DNA from: Candidatus Melainabacteria bacterium 17Bon1m
GTDB lineage: Bacteria; Cyanobacteriota; Vampirovibrionia; Obscuribacterales; Obscuribacteraceae
Assembly: GCA_032128875.1 (NCBI GenBank)
Contig: JAVLKG010000003.1
Location: 289,008 to 353,007, forward strand
DNA length: 64,000 bases
Direction: 5' to 3'
How positions within the stretch are numbered: position 1 is the first letter of the stretch; each line of letters opens with the position of its first letter. The notes beneath the pieces are model-generated. The model searched no databases and was not told the origin of the DNA. It saw only the letters and a list, made by a program, of their open reading frames with translations. Of this stretch, positions 46,373 through 57,040 are shown piece after piece. The position numbers and the translations under genes were made by a program.

Positions 46373-47821
46373 TTATGTTTTTTCCCAGGTGGGACCTTCG
46401 GCAGTATCCATTACGCTAATTCCGGCTTTTGCCAACTCGTTGCGTATTAAATCAGAAGTCTTGAAGTCCTTGTTGGCACGCGCGTCTTGGCGCAACTGCA
46501 GAAGCAAAGCAAGAACCTGCTCTGTGGAATTTCGGTCTACAACTTTTCTTGTATCGGCAAGAGTAAATCCGAGAACACCTGCGTAGTCTTTCAGTGCTTT
46601 TGCCCAAAGCTTTCTTTGTGCTGCGTCTTTGGACGCGGAGATTTTGTCGGCAAGCCCGAAAAGATGCGATACGGCAACGGCTGTATTAAAATCGTTGTCC
46701 ATTGCCGTGACGAACTCTTTGTGGAATTCGCTGATTGTCTGATCGTTGCTATACGCTTCTGCGGCTTTTTGATCAAAGCGGTAATGCTTTGACGGGTAAA
46801 AGCCGCTGCCGTTTTCTTCTGAGTCCGCAAACAACGCTGCTCGTACAAGGCGCATCAATGCCTGTTTTGCAGCATTCATGGCTTCAGGGCTGAAGTCAAT
46901 CGGGTTGCGATAGTGCGTTTGCAAAATGAACAAGCGAAGAGTATCTGCCGAATATTCTCTGAGCAGATCGCCGATTGTTTTGAAGTTGCCCAATGACTTG
47001 GACATCTTTTCTTCGCTTACATTGACGAAGCTGTTGTGCATCCAGTATTTGGCAAGCGGCTTGTCGTGGAGCGATTCGGACTGCGCCTTTTCATTTTCAT
47101 GGTGAGGGAAGACGAGATCTTCTCCTCCGCCGTGGATATCGATTGTTTCGCCGAGCACGGATTTGATCATCGAAGAGCACTCGAGGTGCCAACCTGGGCG
47201 CCCAAATCCCCAGGGACTTGTCCAACCAGTCTCAGTTTCTGGTGCGCTTTTCCAGAGAGCAAAATCGACCGGGTTGCGTTTCACGTCCTTTAATTCATCT
47301 TGCGAGCGGACTTGATCGCGCGCACCAGATTTCAGATCTTCGATGTTTTTCTTTCCGAGCTTGCCGTAATCCGGGCATGCACCAACATCGAAATAAACAT
47401 CACCGCCGGACTCATACGCTTTGCCTTTTTTGACAAGGTCCGCCGCCATACCGATCATCTGTTGAAGATACTCAGTGGCACGCGGCTCAATGTCCGGTGG
47501 GGCAACGTTAAGCGCGTACATATCCTGCCAGAATTCGTAGAGAAAATGGCGCGCTAATTGGTCTGGACGAATGTTCAATTCTTTCGCCCGGTTGATGATT
47601 TTGTCGTCGATGTCAGTGATGTTGCGAACGAAGGTGACTTTGTACCCAGCAAAACGCAAGTATCGCTGAATCACGTCCCAAACGATCGCCATGCGCGCAT
47701 GCCCAAGGTGGCTGGAATCATAGACAGTCGGACCGCAAGCGTAAAGCTTGACTTTGCCGGCTTCTATGGGCACAAACTCTTCTTTCTTTCCTGTCAGCGT
47801 ATTAAATAGTTGGATGGACAT
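46373..47821 (-). CDS. cysS: Cysteinyl-tRNA synthetase
   Basis: YACGPTVY, HLGHAR, GRPGWHLEC, FPHHENE, KMSKSLGN. Confidence 0.98.
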   Translation of the reverse strand: MSIQLFNTLTGKKEEFVPIEAGKVKLYACGPTVYDSSHLGHARMAIVWDVIQRYLRFAGYKVTFVRNITDIDDKIINRAKELNIRPDQLARHFLYEFWQDMYALNVAPPDIEPRATEYLQQMIGMAADLVKKGKAYESGGDVYFDVGACPDYGKLGKKNIEDLKSGARDQVRSQDELKDVKRNPVDFALWKSAPETETGWTSPWGFGRPGWHLECSSMIKSVLGETIDIHGGGEDLVFPHHENEKAQSESLHDKPLAKYWMHNSFVNVSEEKMSKSLGNFKTIGDLLREYSADTLRLFILQTHYRNPIDFSPEAMNAAKQALMRLVRAALFADSEENGSGFYPSKHYRFDQKAAEAYSNDQTISEFHKEFVTAMDNDFNTAVAVSHLFGLADKISASKDAAQRKLWAKALKDYAGVLGFTLADTRKVVDRNSTEQVLALLLQLRQDARANKDFKTSDLIRNELAKAGISVMDTAEGPTWEKT

Positions 47822-47878
47822 AATGCTTCTCTCTTAGTCAAAGTGCGTCACAACTGCGTGCGTTTACTTGGCACGCTG

Positions 47879-49336
47879 CTATGCGCAGAGACAGAGAATG
47901 TCTTCCAGTCTGGATTTGACGCGCTCTGGTCCGAGAATGGAAATGATGGCGCCCAAATCCGGACCTTGCACTTTACCCGAGAGGGCTGCGCGCAATGGCC
48001 AGTACAGGTCTTTTCCTTTCAATCCCAATTCGGCTCCAAGCTTGTCTACAACAGCCTTGCAGCCGGCGTGATCGCCAAAAGGAAAATCGCCGAGATGTTT
48101 TAGCGTAGCTTCTAAAACTTTCTTGGCAGTGTCTTTCGACAGTGCCTTCTCTTTCAGTTCTTCACTAATTTGAAGCTTCTTGGTGAAGTAAAACTCAGTC
48201 GCGCCCATGACTTCGGAGAGCATGGTGAGACCATCGCGAACGCTCGCAATAATCTGCTCGAGTTCTGAACTCGAATAAGTTTCGGTTTCGAGCAAAGTCA
48301 GATATGGCTTGGCACGCTCAGTTATGAGTTCGATCGGCAGCGAGCGAATATAGTGCGCGTTGTACCAGTTCAATTTTTGAACATCGAAAACGGCTGGACT
48401 CTTGCTGATTTTGTAGAGATCGAACATCTCGCATGCTTCCGGCAAGCTGAAGAATTCTTTGCCGTCCGGCAAGGTCCAACTCATTGCGGCAAGGTAATTG
48501 ACCATCGCTTCAGGCATGTAGCCATCGACGCGGTACTTGTTGATATGCACTGCTTCACCGTGTTTGCGCTTCGACAGCTTGGCGCGGTCGAGGTCGAAAA
48601 TCAGCGGTGCGTGCGCAAATTCCGGCACTTGGTGATTGAGTGCCTCGTAAAGCAAAATCTGCTTTGCTGTATTCATGATGTGGTCTTCGCCGCGAATGAC
48701 GTGTGTCATCTTCATGTCGATGTCATCGACGACTACTGCAAAATTGTAGATGGCGACGCCGTTCGATTTGACGATAACCATATCGCCGCCCAAAACTGAA
48801 GCTTCAATGGCGATTTCGCCTTTGATATTGTCGTGCCACGAAATAACACGTGGCTCTTCAATTTTGAAACGGATGGACGGAATGCGCCCTTCAGCGACGT
48901 ATTTTTCTACCTGATCTTTCGACAGATTGCGGTGACTGTTGTCGTAGCGGTGAGCGATATCAGTGTCTTTCTGAGCTTCCTTCATCGCCGCCAATTCTTC
49001 AGGCGTTTCATATGAAAAGTAGGCGTGCCCTCTGTTGATGAGCTTGTTTGCCACTTCGGTGTAGTGGTCAATTTTCTGCGTTTGCTTGTATGGCGCAAAC
49101 GGACCGCCGATATCCGGGCCTTCGTCCCAGTTGAGACCCAGCCACTTCAGACCATCGATGATGTCCTGTGTGTAATTCTCTTGTGACCTGACTTCATCGG
49201 TGTCTTCAAGGCGGAAAACGAATGTGCCCTTATTGCGGCGGGCGTACAAGTAATTGTAGAGCGCCGTTCTGGCGGTGCCCAAATGCAGGTGCCCGGTTGG
49301 ACTGGGCGCTATTCGAACTCTGACAGCTGGGGGCAC
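47879..49336 (-). CDS. gltX: Glutamyl-tRNA synthetase
   Basis: RIAPSPTGHLHLG, RLEDTD, VIRGEDH, KLSKR. Confidence 0.97.
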   Translation of the reverse strand: MPPAVRVRIAPSPTGHLHLGTARTALYNYLYARRNKGTFVFRLEDTDEVRSQENYTQDIIDGLKWLGLNWDEGPDIGGPFAPYKQTQKIDHYTEVANKLINRGHAYFSYETPEELAAMKEAQKDTDIAHRYDNSHRNLSKDQVEKYVAEGRIPSIRFKIEEPRVISWHDNIKGEIAIEASVLGGDMVIVKSNGVAIYNFAVVVDDIDMKMTHVIRGEDHIMNTAKQILLYEALNHQVPEFAHAPLIFDLDRAKLSKRKHGEAVHINKYRVDGYMPEAMVNYLAAMSWTLPDGKEFFSLPEACEMFDLYKISKSPAVFDVQKLNWYNAHYIRSLPIELITERAKPYLTLLETETYSSSELEQIIASVRDGLTMLSEVMGATEFYFTKKLQISEELKEKALSKDTAKKVLEATLKHLGDFPFGDHAGCKAVVDKLGAELGLKGKDLYWPLRAALSGKVQGPDLGAIISILGPERVKSRLEDILCLCA

Positions 49337-49709
49337 GATGACTATCCTTTTGACTTTTAAACCGACTGACGCCTTGTTGTACCCGCCGTGCGGCGGTGAG
49401 TCCGATATTCTACCAAAAATCGGCGAAAAACCCCATAGGGCTTGGCACTTGAGGGATTGAGAAAGGCTGGTTTTCGAGGATAAACCGGTGTTAGAGCCAA
49501 TTCCGGGCTGTTACAAAAACGCAAAGTGCCACTCGAAAGAAACACCTCGTGACAGTTTCGTGGGCTGGCGGGTGCAGCAAGATTAACTGCCCCGGCCGAA
49601 TACGCTAAATTAGGGCAGGAATGCGGGTACAGAATTTAAGCGAAGTGCCGCAAAAATATAACTGATAAAGATCCCGGACTAGATTCAGTTGAGAAGTAAG
49701 AGTAAGTAG

Positions 49710-50378
49710 ATGGCAAAAATCTGTGTGGTAGAAGACAACGCTGACCTGGCCAACATGGTCAAGACCTTTCTTTTGTTTGAGCATCACACGGTTGAAACTA
49801 TCGGAAACGGAGGCGAGGCGCGCGACCACCTCAAAACTTTCGAGTACGACCTAATCATTTTGGATTGGGAGTTGCCGGAGGTTTCAGGCATCGAAATTTT
49901 GAAACAGTACCGTGCTCGTGGCGGGCAGTCGCCAATTTTGATGCTGACGGGTAAAGATGAAGTCGAGGATAAAGAAGCTGGGCTTGATGGCGGCGCCGAT
50001 GACTACCTGACCAAACCTTTCCATATGAAAGAGTTGGGCGCGCGTGTTCGGTCGTTGCTGAGAAGACCGGCCGCTGTCAAAGAAACGGTCTTGAAGGCGA
50101 AAAATCTGACACTGGATCCAACAAAATACAGAGTCCACAAAGATGGTGAAGTCATAACGCTGGTACCTAAGGAATTTCAGTTGTTGGAATTTTTGATGCG
50201 CCATCCAAATCAAGTTTTCACTCCGGAGGCTTTGTTGAATCGTGTCTGGCCTTCAGAATCAGAATCGACTACGGAAGCGCTTCGAACAACAATGAAGCGG
50301 TTGCGCAAAAAGGTCGATGAAGAAGGTGCGATTTTGAAAACTGTTCATGGCGTCGGATATATTTTAGAACTTGAGTAA
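49710..50378 (+). CDS. OmpR/PhoB-family response regulator
   Basis: VVED, ILDWELP, GADDYLTKPF, winged-helix C-terminus ending TVHGVGY. Confidence 0.95.
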   Translation: MAKICVVEDNADLANMVKTFLLFEHHTVETIGNGGEARDHLKTFEYDLIILDWELPEVSGIEILKQYRARGGQSPILMLTGKDEVEDKEAGLDGGADDYLTKPFHMKELGARVRSLLRRPAAVKETVLKAKNLTLDPTKYRVHKDGEVITLVPKEFQLLEFLMRHPNQVFTPEALLNRVWPSESESTTEALRTTMKRLRKKVDEEGAILKTVHGVGYILELE

Positions 50379-52287
50379 TGAAGAAGGACTAAGCGGATTC
50401 AAGCTGAGCCACCAAGGGTGGTTGCTAATGCTCTTCTTTGTCATTGTAGAACTCAGTGTCGTAGGCGCTGAAGGCTATCTTGTACTGCAGGCGGAGAAAG
50501 AAGCCAAACGCGCCGAGCATGTCAAAGAAATAATTGCAAAGACAAATCATCTGGTGCAAGTTTGCTATGACACCGGCACGTCTGTTATGGAATACGCAAA
50601 ATCGAAGGACGAAACTCAGGCAGCCAGGTATAAGCAAAACCGCGATGAAACAAAGGAAATTTTGGTTTGGCTGAAAGAAGCGCTTAAGGATGATCCGGAA
50701 AATTTAGCAATATTGAATCGTGTCGACGCCAACTTGCAAATCGGCATGAGTACGATGGACAAGATCAAGCAAGCTGTCGATACTCAACCCTTGCTCGTGG
50801 CCGTTCGCTACGGATTTAAAGAGAAGAATAAATTGCAGCCGACCTTTGATGCTCTAGTCAGAGACTTGCTTTCGCTTGTCAGAGCACAGCGACGAATTGA
50901 AGAAGAAAGCCCTGCCGCCCAGCGCAGCCAGAGGGAATCACAAAAGGTAATCTTGCTTGCCGGCTTAGTACTGAATGTGGTGCTGGCGTTCGCGGGCGCC
51001 GGCTGGTTTACTCGCAAGCTTACTTCTCGGCTTGATGTTCTTGTCGAGAATACAAAGCGCATGAAGCGTGGAGAGGAGCTAAGCAAGCCTTTGTACGGTA
51101 GCGATGAGATTGCTGCTCTTGATTCCACCTTTCACGAGATGGCTTATACCCTCAGATTGAAGGAGCAGCTTCTCAAAGATAGCGAGGCGCGCGTACGAGC
51201 GATTATTGAGAAAGTACCTGTCGGTCTTGTCGTTTTTAGTGAAGAAGGCACAATTGAATTCGTCAATCCGACTCTGGCGGCGATGTTTAGAGAAGAGCCG
51301 GAGGATCTCGTGGGCAGAGCGCTATCCTCGCTAATGTCTCGCTCTCAAGCAACAAGCGACAGTGAATTTTCCGCACAGCTGAATGAGAAAGCGATGGAAC
51401 GTATTTTTGAAGTAACGTGCTTGCGAAAAGATACAGACAAAACGAATGATTCAAAAATCTCGGGAAGTTCGGACAATTCGATAGGTTTTGAGAAGTTTCC
51501 CGTCGAATTTTCGATGACGGTTTTTGAAACCGAGGACGGTGCCAAAAGACTCGGTATCTTGCTTGATGTTAGCGAGCGTCAGGAAATTCAGCGAATGAGG
51601 CAAGCATTCGTCTCGATGGTGAGCCACGAGCTGCGGACGCCACTGACGGCGGTGTCTGGGTTCATTTCGCTGTTGGAAATGGGTGCATTTGGTGAAGTTT
51701 CCAAAGAAGCAACCGAGCAAGCCGGAAGAGCGGAGGCAAATGTCTCCAGGTTGATCAAATTGATTACGGAACTGCTCGATCTGGAAAAAATGGATTCCGG
51801 GACGCTAAATGTTTCGAAAGCTAAATGCAAATTGCAGAAAATTTTGGAGTCCACGGATGAGGCTTCGCGTTCATTTGCTGAAAGCAAAGGCATCAAGCTT
51901 GAGATTGAGAGTGTCGACGGAGACGAGAATGCCGACCTCTACGCGGATGCCGACAGAATAGTGCAGGTGCTTGTAAACCTCATCTCCAATGCCGTGAAGT
52001 TCTCTCCACCGCAAGGGACGGTTCGCGTCGCATATAGTTTGGACGATGAATTTCTGGAGATGCGCGTTACTGACCAGGGGCGAGGCGTGCCTGCCAAGTA
52101 CAAAGAAGTGATCTTCGAGCGGTTTCAGCAGGTTGATGTTTCCGATGCCAAACAAAAGGGTGGCACCGGGCTCGGACTTGCGATATGCAAAACCATAGTG
52201 GAAATGCATGACGGAACTATTGCCGTCGATAGCGAAGAAGGAAAAGGCAGCACCTTTTGGTTTCGCATCAAACGAAACAAAAGCTAG
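50371..52287 (+). CDS. Sensor histidine kinase (helical periplasmic sensor, HAMP, PAS, HisKA, HATPase)
   Basis: [29 protein letters not shown]; overlaps the regulator by 8 nt. Confidence 0.95.
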   Translation: MSNEEGLSGFKLSHQGWLLMLFFVIVELSVVGAEGYLVLQAEKEAKRAEHVKEIIAKTNHLVQVCYDTGTSVMEYAKSKDETQAARYKQNRDETKEILVWLKEALKDDPENLAILNRVDANLQIGMSTMDKIKQAVDTQPLLVAVRYGFKEKNKLQPTFDALVRDLLSLVRAQRRIEEESPAAQRSQRESQKVILLAGLVLNVVLAFAGAGWFTRKLTSRLDVLVENTKRMKRGEELSKPLYGSDEIAALDSTFHEMAYTLRLKEQLLKDSEARVRAIIEKVPVGLVVFSEEGTIEFVNPTLAAMFREEPEDLVGRALSSLMSRSQATSDSEFSAQLNEKAMERIFEVTCLRKDTDKTNDSKISGSSDNSIGFEKFPVEFSMTVFETEDGAKRLGILLDVSERQEIQRMRQAFVSMVSHELRTPLTAVSGFISLLEMGAFGEVSKEATEQAGRAEANVSRLIKLITELLDLEKMDSGTLNVSKAKCKLQKILESTDEASRSFAESKGIKLEIESVDGDENADLYADADRIVQVLVNLISNAVKFSPPQGTVRVAYSLDDEFLEMRVTDQGRGVPAKYKEVIFERFQQVDVSDAKQKGGTGLGLAICKTIVEMHDGTIAVDSEEGKGSTFWFRIKRNKS

Positions 52288-52337
52288 ATCCTTAGCGCGC
52301 GGAAGCAGAGACGAAGCCGAAGCTGGAGCGTCTAAAA

Positions 52338-53153
52338 CTAGTGCAGAACTACACAGTCGACCATCGCTACGCCCGACGAAATCATGTTGAGCTGCTCGGC
52401 AGCGCCGCGCGAAAGATCGATGATTCTGTCCGCAACGAACGGTCCGCGGTCGTTAACTTGAACGACGCAGGAATTACCGGTTCTGCGGTTGGTAACCAAG
52501 AGTTTGGTACCGAACGGAAGACTTCTATGTGCTGCGGTCAGTCCATTTTGGTCAAAACGGCTGCCGTCGGCGGCGCGTCTGCCATGAAATCTGCCGCCAT
52601 ACCAGGACGCAGCGCCACTAAAAATGGCTTTTCCGGCCGCTTTCAATTGTGAGACGTCTGGCTGCTCATTAGCGACCTTCGGGTATCCGGTCGGTAGTTG
52701 GGTAGCACCCAGGGCCTCACGGATAGCATTGACGAGCTTCAGGCTGGCTTCCATTGGATTGCCGGAGCAAGCCTTTTGTCCGTCGACCGATTCCGGCACT
52801 TCGAACTTAATGGCAACTGCGCCATCGACTTTAACTACGGCGAAATCTCCTTCCTTGGCTGGGAGGATTTTTTCGGGGTCGATCTTCTCGTTTTCAAAAA
52901 TATCTTCAAGCTGTTGCGCGATGTCTTCCGCTTTGTCAGAAGCGTCACCACGGGCTGTTGTTCCGCGGTACATGAGGAAGTCTTTGCCATTTACTGAAAC
53001 GGCAGCGCATTTCTGATTGCTCTCTTCCCACACGTTGGCGTTTACTTCAGGAGCAATTTCCGCAGCCATGCATGAAGCGGCACTAGCTGCGCCGATTCCA
53101 ATGGCGGCAACTGTACTGACTAGCAAAAATTTGGACTTCGAATTCAAACTCAT
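52338..53153 (-). CDS. RlpA-like DPBB protein with an extra N-terminal domain, no SPOR
   Basis: ASWYGGRFHGRRAADG, TAAHRSLPFGT, VNDRGPF, RIIDLS; signal peptide; ATG 53153. Confidence 0.9.
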   Translation of the reverse strand: MSLNSKSKFLLVSTVAAIGIGAASAASCMAAEIAPEVNANVWEESNQKCAAVSVNGKDFLMYRGTTARGDASDKAEDIAQQLEDIFENEKIDPEKILPAKEGDFAVVKVDGAVAIKFEVPESVDGQKACSGNPMEASLKLVNAIREALGATQLPTGYPKVANEQPDVSQLKAAGKAIFSGAASWYGGRFHGRRAADGSRFDQNGLTAAHRSLPFGTKLLVTNRRTGNSCVVQVNDRGPFVADRIIDLSRGAAEQLNMISSGVAMVDCVVLH

Positions 53154-53289
53154 AATCTGCTTTCTACTGGGCTTCTTACTTGGTCCGATCAAACGACGAT
53201 GTTTTGTTCGATTGATATTTCTCTATAGAAGGTCCCGGTGCTGGGCATTCCGAGGCAGGCGAAAAGGTAGCAAATACGCCTCGACCCCG

Positions 53290-53475
53290 TCAAAGATCTG
53301 TTGACAACCAGCGCAATTTTCGGCGGGCGCGAAATAATGCGATTTCTTGGAGAGAGTTAAGGCGCAAGAGGTTGACAGAATGATCGATATCCGGTAGCGG
53401 ATGTGCGAGATATATACAGCCTCCGCCCGTGGTGCTTGTCGTGATTAACGCGGGATAATCTTTTTCGATCACCAT
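53290..53475 (-). CDS. Possible small protein (~61 aa)
   Basis: MVIEKDYPALITT…LSTDL, co-oriented between yebC-like and rlpA-like genes; ORF evidence only. Confidence 0.3.
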   Translation of the reverse strand: MVIEKDYPALITTSTTGGGCIYLAHPLPDIDHSVNLLRLNSLQEIALFRARRKLRWLSTDL

Positions 53476-53972
53476 GGTTGTCAATTGTTCCGTGTAACGT
53501 AGTGTAAAACTTCACTCTTAAGCCCCCCTAATTTTGTAGGGAGATCCGTTAAGGGCGACCCTTTGATTCCTCAAAAGTTGCATATCCAGAAGGTTTCGAC
53601 CGGATCTAAAGTGGCTATATTTGCGCCTGTTTTTGTTAACGAAACGAAAGAATCACTTGCATAAATTCACATGCAAAGGTGTAGCAAATCGGACTGTTTT
53701 TTCTCGTTTATCAGTCAAAAAAATGAGACCTTGCAGCTATTCATGCGCCATCAGAGTGACACGCGGTAGATTGTTTGGCGCATGTAAAACGAGGCGGAAT
53801 GCGCTTCGCGCAAGAGATTTTCTGCTGAGAGGTTTTGAAAGGTCAGTGTTTTGATGTTTCTTCTCGCTGGGAAACTCGCATGAACAGCCGGTTCTATGCG
53901 TTTGTGCAAAACGGTTTTACCCGCGTTTTACAAAAGAGAAAACGTTCTCTTTCTCAACGTCGAAAGTGACTG

Positions 53973-54728
53973 CTAGCTAACGCTTGCCGACAACAGGTCC
54001 GCATCCATGTCGAAATTAGCGTAAACGTGTTGGACATCATCATGATTGTCGATGACGTCGAGCAGCTTCATTAGCTGTTTTGCGATGTCCACGTCCGATA
54101 CTTCAACAGTATTGCTCGGATTCATAGACACTTCCGCAGACGCTACTTTGAAGTGTTCGGCAAGTGCTGCTTTGATGTCGTCAACTTTGAGAGGATCGCA
54201 TATGACCACTGCAGATGCGGCATCGCTGCTGTCGACGTCGTCTGCTCCAGCGCTCAACGCCTTATCAATCAAGTCGTCTTCGCTGAATTTCCCTTCCTTA
54301 TCTATAACGATTTCGCCGCGCTCTTTGAACATCCAGCCGACGCAACCTGTTTCGCCCATGTTGCCGCCGTACTTCGAGAAATAGCTTCGAATGTCGCCTG
54401 CAGTGCGGTTTCGATTATCCGTCGCGCATTTGACCATGATGGCAACGCCCCCTGGACCATAGCCTTCGTAGGTAAGCTCTTCCATATTGTTGCCATCGCC
54501 GCCGCCGGCGCCCTTTTCGATCGCGCGTGCAATATTGTCGTTGGGCACGCCTTCTTGTTTTGCCCTTTCAATAGCCTTTCGCAGTCGCAGGTTTCCCGCG
54601 GGATCTCCGCCGCCAAGCTTGGCCGCGACTATGATTTCGCGCGACATCTTCGCGTACATGACACCGCGTTTGGCGTCGACAACGGCTTTCTGCCTTTTGA
54701 TTGTTGCCCACTTGGAATGGCCGGACAC
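53973..54728 (-). CDS. YebC/PmpR (TACO1) family protein
   Basis: SGHSKWATIKRQK, YEGYGPGG, TDNRNRT, DDVQHVYAN; GTG 54728 after GGGAGAG. Confidence 0.95.
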   Translation of the reverse strand: MSGHSKWATIKRQKAVVDAKRGVMYAKMSREIIVAAKLGGGDPAGNLRLRKAIERAKQEGVPNDNIARAIEKGAGGGDGNNMEELTYEGYGPGGVAIMVKCATDNRNRTAGDIRSYFSKYGGNMGETGCVGWMFKERGEIVIDKEGKFSEDDLIDKALSAGADDVDSSDAASAVVICDPLKVDDIKAALAEHFKVASAEVSMNPSNTVEVSDVDIAKQLMKLLDVIDNHDDVQHVYANFDMDADLLSASVS

Positions 54729-55086
54729 GAAACACTCTCCCTGCGATCTACTGATTGTGCGCACCAAGGGCGCGGAATTAATTCGCAAAATCTATTGTAC
54801 GGCACTGATACGGCGGCTTCATCCTGAGATTTGCAGTTGTGAAGTGAGGCGAGCATTTTTGCCGGGCAGATTCCTTATATAAGGATGCAATTTCCATCCT
54901 ATTTATATGATTTGAAACGCGTCCGAATTATCAGGAGGTGCTCCCATCTTTTGTAGCTAAAAGGTCTAGCGCTTAGAAACCTGGATGACATGGCGTTGTT
55001 AAGGCGATAACATTCACACACCGACTGTCTCTTTAGTATTCATCCCTCTCCTGTTTATCGGAGAGGCTTCGCAAGGTGAGGGCGAT

Positions 55087-56988
55087 ATGTATCAGAACCG
55101 ATCAATTTTCCGCGCAGCTCGAGTCGCTTTGCTTTTGGCAGGCAGTTTCAGCATCGTGCTTGGCTCTACTTTGATCACTGCAAGTCCGGTTGACGCAAAA
55201 CGTACCGTGCTTCGCGGTGGCGTCTTCGTTTATACGGGCGACCCGCGTACAGACGAGATGCTCAACCATCGCAAGTATGCAGATGTTGAAGAGCGTTGTC
55301 TCGAGCAATTGCGCCGCAACCCTGGCAGCGTCCCTGCGATGATCGGTGCCGGCTGGGCTCAAGGCAAGCTATTCAAGCTCGATGCAGCTAACGCTAACTT
55401 CGACAAAGCGCTTGCGAAAAATCCTTCCAACCCGATGGCACATGCCGGTAAGGCGATGGTTTTGTTCAATCGTTTGCAGTCGTCTTCGCAAACAATCATC
55501 AAGCAAAAGGATGCATTGCTAAAACAAGCCGAAGCGGAAGCCAGACAAAGTATCAATTACGATTCGCGTTTCCCGGAAGCACACTGGACGCTGGGTATGA
55601 TCTTGCGCGAGCAAGGCCGTTATGACGAGGCTATCAAAGCTTTCCGCGACGCAACCAACATGGACAGCAATTACTCCGACGGATATTCGGGACTTGCTCA
55701 AGCTCAGTTGGACAAAGGTGATATCGCCGGTGCAATTCAGTCGGCAAAAGAAGCCGTTGCAATCAATACCGGCAACTCAACTGCTCACTATGCATTGGGT
55801 GAAGCATACAGACGGCAAGGTCTCCTTGATGAAGCTCTCAAAGAGTTGAACACCGCGCTCTATCAATATCGCAACAGCGCACCTGTTCACCTGTCTATGG
55901 GTAAGACTCTGGCGACGCAAGGCAATACCGTCGGCGCTGTCAAAGAGTTTCAGGAATCAATTCGCATCAAAGCGGAAAATCCTGATGCTTACCTGGGTAT
56001 CGCGGACATCCGCGAAGCTCGCGGAGATATCGAACATTCGATCGCAGAGCTGCGCTCAGGTTTGGAAATGATGCCCAACAATGCAGCGTTGCGCGAGCGT
56101 GTTGCCGATCAACTCCTGCGAGTTGAAAAACTGGACGATGCTATCAAAGAATATACGACTGTGATGGATCAAAATCCGAACAACGCCGTTGCTGCCAAAG
56201 GTTTGACCAGAGCTTATTACCTGAAGGCAAACAAAGAAGCGACCGGTGCATTTTTCGTGAGCAACGAATACGAGTCGGCAAAGCGCATGTTGGATCAGGC
56301 TGTTCGTTTGAATCCCAACGACATGGAATTGCGTTTGGCTCAAGCAAAGCTGCGTTCGTTGTCTGGTGAAACAGTTGATCTCAACACTATCGGCACACCG
56401 ACAAATGATGGTGAGCGCATTGCATATGCAGAAGCTTTGCTCGCACAGAATAAGTTCAAAGAATCAGACGAGCAAATGAGCAGGGTAATCGGCAATGCTG
56501 CCGACGCCAAGCAAACATTTGCGGTCGCAGACTTGGCTTTGATGATCAAAGATTTGCCCAGCGCTGAAGCTGCCTATCGCAAGGCTTCGCAATTCCCGGG
56601 CGGTGCTGAAAGAGCCAAGCGCGGTATGGATCTGATCGCAAAACAAAAAGAAGTAGCAAGACAAGATCTCACACTCGCTGATGACTTGGCAAAACGCCAA
56701 CAAGTGAAGAGTGCGATCGATAAGTACAGATCTGCCTGCTATCAAAACCCAAAGGTCTCGGATGCGCGCCTCGGCTATGCTATCTGCCTCGAGAAGGACA
56801 GACCCGAAATGCCTGATGTATTGCGCCTCTCTGCTACTCAGTTTAAGGCGTACATGGCTCTCGAGCCGGCTTTGCCTGAAAAGGAAGTAGCAAAGATCAA
56901 CAAGAAAATCGCGTCTCTGGAAGAGAAAGCCTACAAGCTCGACCAAAAATCCGGCGATACCCGCCGTGGTACCAGACGTCGCTTTTAG
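55087..56988 (+). CDS. Secreted multi-TPR protein, paralogue A
   Basis: Signal peptide, >10 TPR-like repeats, highly similar to the next gene. Confidence 0.92.
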   Translation: MYQNRSIFRAARVALLLAGSFSIVLGSTLITASPVDAKRTVLRGGVFVYTGDPRTDEMLNHRKYADVEERCLEQLRRNPGSVPAMIGAGWAQGKLFKLDAANANFDKALAKNPSNPMAHAGKAMVLFNRLQSSSQTIIKQKDALLKQAEAEARQSINYDSRFPEAHWTLGMILREQGRYDEAIKAFRDATNMDSNYSDGYSGLAQAQLDKGDIAGAIQSAKEAVAINTGNSTAHYALGEAYRRQGLLDEALKELNTALYQYRNSAPVHLSMGKTLATQGNTVGAVKEFQESIRIKAENPDAYLGIADIREARGDIEHSIAELRSGLEMMPNNAALRERVADQLLRVEKLDDAIKEYTTVMDQNPNNAVAAKGLTRAYYLKANKEATGAFFVSNEYESAKRMLDQAVRLNPNDMELRLAQAKLRSLSGETVDLNTIGTPTNDGERIAYAEALLAQNKFKESDEQMSRVIGNAADAKQTFAVADLALMIKDLPSAEAAYRKASQFPGGAERAKRGMDLIAKQKEVARQDLTLADDLAKRQQVKSAIDKYRSACYQNPKVSDARLGYAICLEKDRPEMPDVLRLSATQFKAYMALEPALPEKEVAKINKKIASLEEKAYKLDQKSGDTRRGTRRRF

Positions 56989-57040
56989 TCCGAATAAGAT
57001 ATCGAAACAAATAGAATGCCAATTGGAACTGTGAGGAGAT

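Noticed and set aside
53540-53610. GGTTTCGAC suggesting tmRNA or a tRNA fragment
   Set aside because: No acceptor stem, T-arm/CCA end or tag reading frame could be built.
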